Assembly (NCBI GenBank): GCA_963782055.1
Contig: CAWAIF010000002.1
Location: 128,001 to 192,000 of the forward strand
DNA length: 64,000 nt
From: an uncultured delta proteobacterium
GTDB taxonomy: Bacteria > Myxococcota_A > Polyangia > Polyangiales > Polyangiaceae
Reading direction: 5' to 3'
Each line of letters starts with the position of its first letter. Within the stretch, counting starts at the first letter, position 1. Positions 56,886-64,000 of the stretch are shown here, piece by piece. Under the pieces are notes generated by a model. The model did not search any database, had not been told where the DNA came from, and saw nothing but the letters and a program-made list of their open reading frames with translations. Made by a program: the position numbers and the translations under genes.

Positions 56886-59354
56886 ATGATCGCAGGCCCC
56901 AACCGCCACCTCGCCCTCCTCCTCGGCGCCGGCGCGCTCGCGCTCTCGCCGCGCGTCGCCCACGCGGCGAGCACGGCCTCCTCGCCCGCGGGCGGCGGCC
57001 TGCAAGCGGTCACGGCGAGCGTCGACACGGCCCACGCGCGCCTGGCCTACGGCACGTGCGCGGCCGCGCCGTGCGCGACGAGCGCCGGCGTGCCCGTCGA
57101 CCTCGGCGGTCAGCCCATCGCCCGCGGCGGCGCGCAGGTGCACGACGTCTCCGTCGGCCGCGGGCGGCACGCGCTCTGGGTCCACGTCGCCGCGGCGGAC
57201 GGCGAGCACACGTGGGACGCCGTGCTCGTCGGCGACAAGGCGTCGCCCGTGCGCTTCGCTGGCGCCGCCGGGCGTCGCGCGGGCCAGAGCGGTGACATGG
57301 ACGGCGAAGCCGTGGAGGTCATCGCCGGCAACGGGATGAGCTTCATCGCCAAGGGAGCCGTCAGCGACGACATCCGCCTCTGCGGGCAGAAGCGCACGCT
57401 GCTCCGGACCAGCGTCCTCGACGCGAAGACGATGCAGTGGCACGTCGCGAGCATCCAGCGCGTCCCCGCCGCCCAGCAGGCGAAGGCGAAGCGCGTCGTC
57501 GCGGTGGCGCGCACCACGCCCGCGCCCCGGCCCCTCGCCCAGCTGCTGGCGACGCACGCCGCCAGCAGCAGCGATCACGGGTCCCCCGGCGCCATCGCCG
57601 ACATGAACCCCGCGACGACGTGGAGCGAGGGCAAGACCAGCGCGGGTCGCGGCGAGTTCGTCCTCTTTCGCACCCCGCGGGAGGTGCCCATCGCCCGCCT
57701 GGCGATCACCGTGGCGCCGCCCCCGCCCGCCGGCGACGCCCCGCCGTCGCAGCCGACGAAGGGCGGCGCGGCGCCGAAGAGCTTCTTCCTGGTGACCGAC
57801 GACGAGACCTACGCGGTCACCATGCCCGAGGACGCGTGGCAGCACCCCGGCGCGTCGTACGACATCCCGCTGCAGGAGCCCCTCCGCGCCTCGTGCCTGG
57901 CGCTGGTGCTGGACGACGCCTACGCCCGCGGCAACGCGTCGCCGGTGGTCACCGTCGCCGAGCTCTCCGCGTACAGCTCCTTCGATGTCTCCGGCGCCAC
58001 GATGGAGACGGTGGCGCGCACGCTGGACGGCTCCGGCGGCCGCCTCGCCGACGCGGCGGAGAAGATCCTGGACCGGGTGGGCGACGCGGCGATGCCCGCC
58101 GTCGCCGCGGCCTACGCGAAGCTGGACCCGTCCGGACGGGAGCGCGCGGTGAACGTGGCCAGCTCCGCCTCGTGCGGTCCCGCGCCCACCCAGGTCTTCC
58201 TCCGCGCCCTGTGCGACGCCGACACGCGGGTGGAGCACAAGGCGGAGAACGCGCTGCAGGTGTGCGGGCACCGCGCGCAGATCGTCACCGCCGTGAAGGC
58301 CGCGCCCGACGTGGCGTGCCCCAAGGTGTTCACCTACCTCGCCCTGCTCGGTCGCAGCGGCGCGCTCGACGTGCTGGCGGACCGCCTGGCGAAGAAGGAC
58401 AAGGTCGCCGCCCGCACCGCCTTCGCCACCGCCGCGCGCGACGCGACGCCCGAGCGGCTGACGGCGCTGGTGGCCGACACCGCGCGCGCCCCCGCCGTGA
58501 AGCTGGAGATGCTGCGCGCCCTCGGCCCGCGCGTCGCCGAGATCGCGCCGGAGGCGCTGCGCCAGCTCGACGCGATGCTCGCGGGCTCGCCCACCCTCGC
58601 GACGCGCTACCTCGCGCTGGGGCCGCTGGCCCAGCTCGCCGCCGCCGGCGACGCCCCCGCACGCGATCGCGTGGCGCGCATGCTCGCGTCCGACCCCGAC
58701 TGGCCGGTGCGCGCGCACGCGGCGGAGGTCGCGCGCCGGGTGCCGTCGCTCCAGGCCGGCGTCGTCGCCGCGGCGGGCGACCCGCAGCCGCGCGTGCGGA
58801 TGGCGGCGCTCGACTCCTCCGCCGAGCTGCGCAGCGCGGCCGTCGTGGCGCGCGCCGCCCCGCTCCTCGCGCACGATCCCTGGACCTTCGTCCGCGTCTC
58901 CGCCGCGCGCGCGCTTGGCGCGGGGCCGGCCTCGCCGGCCGCGGACGGGGCGCTCGCCGCCGCGCTGAAGGGCGACGCCTCCCCGGAGGTTCGCGGCACC
59001 GCCGTCGACGCCCTCGCCGGTCACCGCGCGCGCGCCTACGCCGGCGCGGTGCGCGATTGCCTGGACGACGAGGACGAGACCATCGCCGTCCGCGAGGCCG
59101 CGGCCCGCGCCCTCGGCGCCATGTGCGCCGTGGAGTCGGTCGACCGCCTCACCGAGCTCGCCCACGCCGCGGCCCAGCCGCTCGCGGCTGACGCCGACGC
59201 GCTCGTCCTCGGCCTCGCCGCGCTGGAGGCGCTCGGGCAGCTCCACCCCGCCGACCTCGCCTCCCGCCTCGCCCCCCTGCGCGGCAAGAACGTGCGCGAC
59301 GCCGTGCGCGCCGCCGCCGAGCGCGCCCTGGTCACGCGCGGCCGCTGCCACTAA
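56886..59354 (+). CDS. Secreted protein with discoidin-like domain and HEAT repeats
   Basis: Signal peptide; DMNPATTWSEG; DPDWPVRAHAA / DPWTFVRVSAA / AVREAAARALG repeats. Confidence 0.78.
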   Translation: MIAGPNRHLALLLGAGALALSPRVAHAASTASSPAGGGLQAVTASVDTAHARLAYGTCAAAPCATSAGVPVDLGGQPIARGGAQVHDVSVGRGRHALWVHVAAADGEHTWDAVLVGDKASPVRFAGAAGRRAGQSGDMDGEAVEVIAGNGMSFIAKGAVSDDIRLCGQKRTLLRTSVLDAKTMQWHVASIQRVPAAQQAKAKRVVAVARTTPAPRPLAQLLATHAASSSDHGSPGAIADMNPATTWSEGKTSAGRGEFVLFRTPREVPIARLAITVAPPPPAGDAPPSQPTKGGAAPKSFFLVTDDETYAVTMPEDAWQHPGASYDIPLQEPLRASCLALVLDDAYARGNASPVVTVAELSAYSSFDVSGATMETVARTLDGSGGRLADAAEKILDRVGDAAMPAVAAAYAKLDPSGRERAVNVASSASCGPAPTQVFLRALCDADTRVEHKAENALQVCGHRAQIVTAVKAAPDVACPKVFTYLALLGRSGALDVLADRLAKKDKVAARTAFATAARDATPERLTALVADTARAPAVKLEMLRALGPRVAEIAPEALRQLDAMLAGSPTLATRYLALGPLAQLAAAGDAPARDRVARMLASDPDWPVRAHAAEVARRVPSLQAGVVAAAGDPQPRVRMAALDSSAELRSAAVVARAAPLLAHDPWTFVRVSAARALGAGPASPAADGALAAALKGDASPEVRGTAVDALAGHRARAYAGAVRDCLDDEDETIAVREAAARALGAMCAVESVDRLTELAHAAAQPLAADADALVLGLAALEALGQLHPADLASRLAPLRGKNVRDAVRAAAERALVTRGRCH

Positions 59355-59364
59355 CGTCCGGCCC

Positions 59365-59802
59365 ATGTCGATCACCCACCTCACGCCGGCCGAGGCGGCC
59401 GCGAAGATGAAGGACGGTTACAGCTACGTCGACGTGCGGACCGAGGCCGAGTTCGCCGAGGGGCACCCGCACGGCGCCCTCAACGTGCCCATCACCTTCT
59501 CCTCGCCGGGCGGCATGGTCCACAACGCCGACTTCCTGCCCGCCATGCGCGTCCTCTTCCCCGACCTCACCGCCGCCCAGCTCATCCTGGGCTGCCGCTC
59601 CGGTCGCCGGTCCATGCGCGCGGCGGAGGAGCTGTTGCGTGCAGGATACACACATGTCTTCGAGCAGAGCGCCGGCTGGGACGGCGCCCGCGATGCCTTC
59701 GGTCAGATCACCGAGCCTGGCTGGTCTCGCGCCGGCCTCCCCGTCGACTCCGGGGACCCCGAGCACCGCTCGTGGGCGGCGATCAAGAAGCGCATCGCCT
59801 GA
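59365..59802 (+). CDS. Rhodanese-like domain protein
   Basis: YVDVRTEAEFAEGHPHGALNVP, GCRSGRRS. Confidence 0.9.
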   Translation: MSITHLTPAEAAAKMKDGYSYVDVRTEAEFAEGHPHGALNVPITFSSPGGMVHNADFLPAMRVLFPDLTAAQLILGCRSGRRSMRAAEELLRAGYTHVFEQSAGWDGARDAFGQITEPGWSRAGLPVDSGDPEHRSWAAIKKRIA

Positions 59803-59826
59803 GCGGCCGCCCCCTCGCGCCGGACC

Positions 59827-60471
59827 TCACCCGCCGCCGCCCCCGTCGCGCGGCGGCACCGCCCTGCCGGCGGCGCGGTCGTAGTCGTCCGCCGACGCGC
59901 GCACGCTCTCCAGATCGCGGGAGGCCCGCTCGCTCTCAGCGACCAGGTCCGCGGTGAAGAGCGTCAGCCCCCAGATGCCGTTGTCCCGCCGGCGGAAGGA
60001 GTAGTGCGTCCCTCGCGCGGTCACCACGGTGGCGCGCGGCCCCTCGATCTCCACGCTGCGCACGCCGGAGAGGTCCTTGCGCAGCCGCGCGACCCAGCCG
60101 CGCTTCCGCGCCAGCAGGGCGAAGACGTCGGCCCCGTCCGGCGCGTTCGCCTCGGCGGAGTACGCCGCCAGCAGCCCGTCGCGCTCCTTGCCCGGCGGGT
60201 AGCTGCGGCGGATGCGATCGCACGCCTTCCGGCGCATGTCGCGGATGGTGTAGCTCGCCCACCGCCCGTCCTCTTCCAGGAAGGGGAAGGCGCCCTGCGG
60301 GTCGTCCTCCGCGATGGACTTGGCGATGCGCGTGTACGCCCCCGCCGGCGTGTCGACCTTGGGGAAGGGGCGGTAGATCAGCGCGAAGAGCGCGCCCGCC
60401 ACGACCACCAGGGCGACGACGACGAGGCGGCGGCGCTTCTTGCTGGCGGGCGGCGGAGGGGACGCGGTCAA
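59827..60471 (-). CDS. Hypothetical membrane-anchored protein
   Basis: KKRRR followed by a TM helix, then a soluble domain. Confidence 0.65.
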   Translation of the reverse strand: MTASPPPPASKKRRRLVVVALVVVAGALFALIYRPFPKVDTPAGAYTRIAKSIAEDDPQGAFPFLEEDGRWASYTIRDMRRKACDRIRRSYPPGKERDGLLAAYSAEANAPDGADVFALLARKRGWVARLRKDLSGVRSVEIEGPRATVVTARGTHYSFRRRDNGIWGLTLFTADLVAESERASRDLESVRASADDYDRAAGRAVPPRDGGGGG

Positions 60472-60520
60472 GGCCCACCAGTGCTAGCCCACCTCGCCGC
60501 CTCGGTGCTACAGCCTGCGC

Positions 60521-61324
60521 GTGCTTCACGGGTCCCGCGTCGTCGTGGTCGTGCCGGCGCTCGACGAGTCGCCGCGTATCGGGCGCGTGCTGCGCACCAT
60601 GCCGGCCGAGGTGGACCGCGTCGTCGTCGTGGACGACGGCAGCCGCGACGCCACGGCCGAGGTGGCGCGCGCGTCCGGCGACCCGCGCGTGGAGGTGGTG
60701 CGCCACCCGGCGCGCCGGGGCGTCGGGGCGGCCATCGTCACCGGCTACGAGCGCGCGCTGGAAGAAGCCGGCGGCCCGCGCGACGCCTTCGTCGTCATGG
60801 CCGGCGACGGCCAGATGGACGGACGCGATCTCCCCGCCCTCGTCGCCCCGCTGGCGCGCGGGGAGACCGGGTACGTCAAGGGCAACCGCTTCGCGTGGCA
60901 TGGCCGGACCCCCATGCCGCTGCCCCGACGCGTGGGCGGCGCCGTCTTCTCGCGCCTGACCTCCGCCGCGCTCGGCATGGCCATCCACGACAGCCAGTGT
61001 GGCTACACCGCCCTCGCGCGGTGGGCCGCCGCTCGCCTCGACCTCGCCGCCCTCTGGCGCGGCTACGGTTACCCGAACGATCTGCTCTCCCTCGTCACCT
61101 GCGCGGGCGTGGCCGTCGCCGAGGTGCCCGTTCGCCCCGTCTACGCCGGCGAGCCGAGCAAGCTCCACCCCCGGCACCTGCCGCGCATCGGCTGGATCGT
61201 GGCGCGGGCGTACGTGCGACGCCTGCAGACCCGGCAAAAGAGCGCCGCGGCGCCCGCGCCGCCGCCTCCAGAGATGCCTGCGGGCGGACCGGACCGCGCC
61301 CCTCCCGGCGCCGCCCTTTCGTGA
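60521..61324 (+). CDS. Glycosyltransferase family 2 (DPM1-like)
   Basis: VVPALDE, VDDGSRD, MAGDGQ, DSQCGY. Confidence 0.9.
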   Translation: MLHGSRVVVVVPALDESPRIGRVLRTMPAEVDRVVVVDDGSRDATAEVARASGDPRVEVVRHPARRGVGAAIVTGYERALEEAGGPRDAFVVMAGDGQMDGRDLPALVAPLARGETGYVKGNRFAWHGRTPMPLPRRVGGAVFSRLTSAALGMAIHDSQCGYTALARWAAARLDLAALWRGYGYPNDLLSLVTCAGVAVAEVPVRPVYAGEPSKLHPRHLPRIGWIVARAYVRRLQTRQKSAAAPAPPPPEMPAGGPDRAPPGAALS

Positions 61325-61437
61325 CTGGCAGCACCGGACAAGACGTACTACATTGCCCCCCTCTCGCCGCGGCGCCGGGGGCGCGAAGTCCCCGGGTCCC
61401 CGCGTGCGAGGCCCGGAAAAGAGTCAGGAGCAACGCG

Positions 61438-61815
61438 ATGCAAGGTGGTTATCCCCCTCCCCCGCCCGGTGGTTTCGGTCCTCCGCCCGGAGGCTATGGT
61501 CCCCCGCCCGGTGCCTACGGCAGCCCGCCGCCCGCCCCCGGCATGATGCAGCCGAACGCCCCGTACGGCATAGACCCGATGAGCGGCATCCCCTACTCCG
61601 ACAAGACCAAGATGGTCGCGGGCCTCCTGCAGATCTTCCTCGGCAGCTTCGGCGTCGGCCGCTTCTACCTCGGGTACACCGGCCTGGGCATCGCGCAGAT
61701 CGCCGCCGTGTGGCTCACCTGCGGCCTCGGCGCCGTGTGGCCGCTCATCGACGGCATCATGATGCTGACGGGCAAGGTCCCCGACGCCCAGGGCCGCCCG
61801 CTCCGCGACGGTTGA
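61438..61815 (+). CDS. TM2-domain protein with Pro/Gly-rich N-terminus
   Basis: AGGAG RBS; SDKTKMVAGLLQIFLGSFGVGRFYLG. Confidence 0.88.
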   Translation: MQGGYPPPPPGGFGPPPGGYGPPPGAYGSPPPAPGMMQPNAPYGIDPMSGIPYSDKTKMVAGLLQIFLGSFGVGRFYLGYTGLGIAQIAAVWLTCGLGAVWPLIDGIMMLTGKVPDAQGRPLRDG

Positions 61816-61830
61816 CGCCCCCGCCGTCGC

Positions 61831-63045
61831 GTGGCTGACGGCCGGCAGATCCTCCACGTGGACATGGACGCGTTCTTCGCGTCCGTGGAGCAGCGCGACG
61901 ACCCGCGCCTGCGCGGCAAGCCCGTGCTCGTCGGCGGGCGCTCGCCGCGCTCCGTCGTGGCGGCCGCCTCCTACGAGGCGCGCCCCTTCGGCGTCCACTC
62001 GGCGATGCCCATGATGGAGGCCCTGCGCCGCTGTCCCCACGCCGTCGTCGTCGTGCCGAGCCGCGGCCGCTACGAGGAGGCGAGCCGCCACATCTTCGCC
62101 GTCTTCCAGCGCTACACCCCGCTCGTGGAGGGCCTCTCCATCGACGAGGCCTTCCTCGACGTCACCGCCAGCCGCGGCCTCTTCGGCGACGCTGCCGCCA
62201 TCGCCCGCCGCATCAAGGAGGACGTCCGTCGCGAGACCGAGCTCACAGCCTCCGCCGGCGTGGCGCACTGCAAGTTCGTGGCGAAGGTGGCGAGTGATCT
62301 GCGCAAGCCGGACGGCCTGGTCGTGGTCCCCGAGGCCGAGGCCCGCGCCTTCCTCGCGCCGCTCCCCATCGAGCGCATGTGGGGCGTCGGTCCGAAGACC
62401 TCCCCGCGCCTGCGCGAGCTCGGCTACCGCACCCTCGGCGATCTCGCCGCCGCCCGCCCGGCGGACCTCTCGCGTCTGCTGGGCGAGTGGGGCGCGCACG
62501 TCCACGCGCTGGCTCGCGGCGAGGACACACGCGAGGTGGATCCGCGCGGCGTCGCCAAGAGCATCGGCGCGGAGGAGACCTACGACCAGGACCTCACCAC
62601 GCGCGCGGAGGTGGAGCGCTGCCTGCTCGACCAGGCCTCCCGCGTCGCCCAGCGCCTCGTCGCCGAGGGCATGTCCGCCGACGTCGTCGTGGTGAAGCTC
62701 AAGTGGGCCGACTTCACGCTGCGCTCCCGGCAGCTGCAGCTAAGGCAGCCAGTGTGCGACACCCTCTCGCTCCACCGCGCCGCCGTCCACCTGCTCGATC
62801 GCTTCGACTTGCAGGGTGCACGCATCCGCCTGACGGGCGTCGCCGTGGGCGGTCTGCGGGAGGGCCCGCCGCCGCGCCTGCTCTTCGACGTGGGCGACGC
62901 GGAGCGTGGGCGCAAGCTGGAGGAGGTCACCGCCCGCATCGCCCAGAAGCTGGAGACCACCCTCACGCGCGCCGAGCTACTCGACAAGCCGCGCAGCCGC
63001 TCCGCCAACGCCGACACCACCCGTCACCGCAAGGACCGGCGCTAA
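61831..63045 (+). CDS. dinB: DNA polymerase IV
   Basis: HVDMDAFFASVE, ASYEAR, SIDEAFLD, KPDG, WGVG. Confidence 0.96.
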   Translation: MADGRQILHVDMDAFFASVEQRDDPRLRGKPVLVGGRSPRSVVAAASYEARPFGVHSAMPMMEALRRCPHAVVVVPSRGRYEEASRHIFAVFQRYTPLVEGLSIDEAFLDVTASRGLFGDAAAIARRIKEDVRRETELTASAGVAHCKFVAKVASDLRKPDGLVVVPEAEARAFLAPLPIERMWGVGPKTSPRLRELGYRTLGDLAAARPADLSRLLGEWGAHVHALARGEDTREVDPRGVAKSIGAEETYDQDLTTRAEVERCLLDQASRVAQRLVAEGMSADVVVVKLKWADFTLRSRQLQLRQPVCDTLSLHRAAVHLLDRFDLQGARIRLTGVAVGGLREGPPPRLLFDVGDAERGRKLEEVTARIAQKLETTLTRAELLDKPRSRSANADTTRHRKDRR

Positions 63046-63046
63046 T

Positions 63047-64000
<954 letters not shown>

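Overview
Very GC-rich, gene-dense chromosomal window. It is most likely from a myxobacterium (Myxococcota, Polyangiales-like), inferred from CdnL, an AgmX/PglI C-terminal domain, a PEGA protein, a Ser/Thr kinase and many DAG-rich lipoproteins. It holds about 58 CDS, mostly housekeeping or envelope genes (rpe, prmC, PMM/PGM, tdk, dinB, purB, ppx, ccmE, cdnL, GH13 pair, Omp85-like, PBP). I saw no rRNA, tRNA, CRISPR array, transposase, integrase or reverse transcriptase. Most long ORFs in the supplied track are antisense or frameshift shadows caused by high GC. Five items stand out. (1) A DUF692/MNIO + DUF2063 RiPP-type cluster whose candidate precursor looks like a lipoprotein with one core Cys, set divergently from a TrmB regulator (11.7-14.8 kb). 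(2) A four-helix-bundle gene whose start is copied as a 30-bp inverted repeat and which is flanked by G-rich and C-rich tandem arrays (18.4-19.55 kb). (3) A hairpin-dense intergenic region (candidate sRNA) and a histone-H1-like gene beside it. (4) Two tandem sigma54-type 'CSLNPQPLPP' acidic lipoproteins. (5) A 46-aa very basic ORF missed by the ORF track. All family calls come from motif recognition by eye, without database searches.
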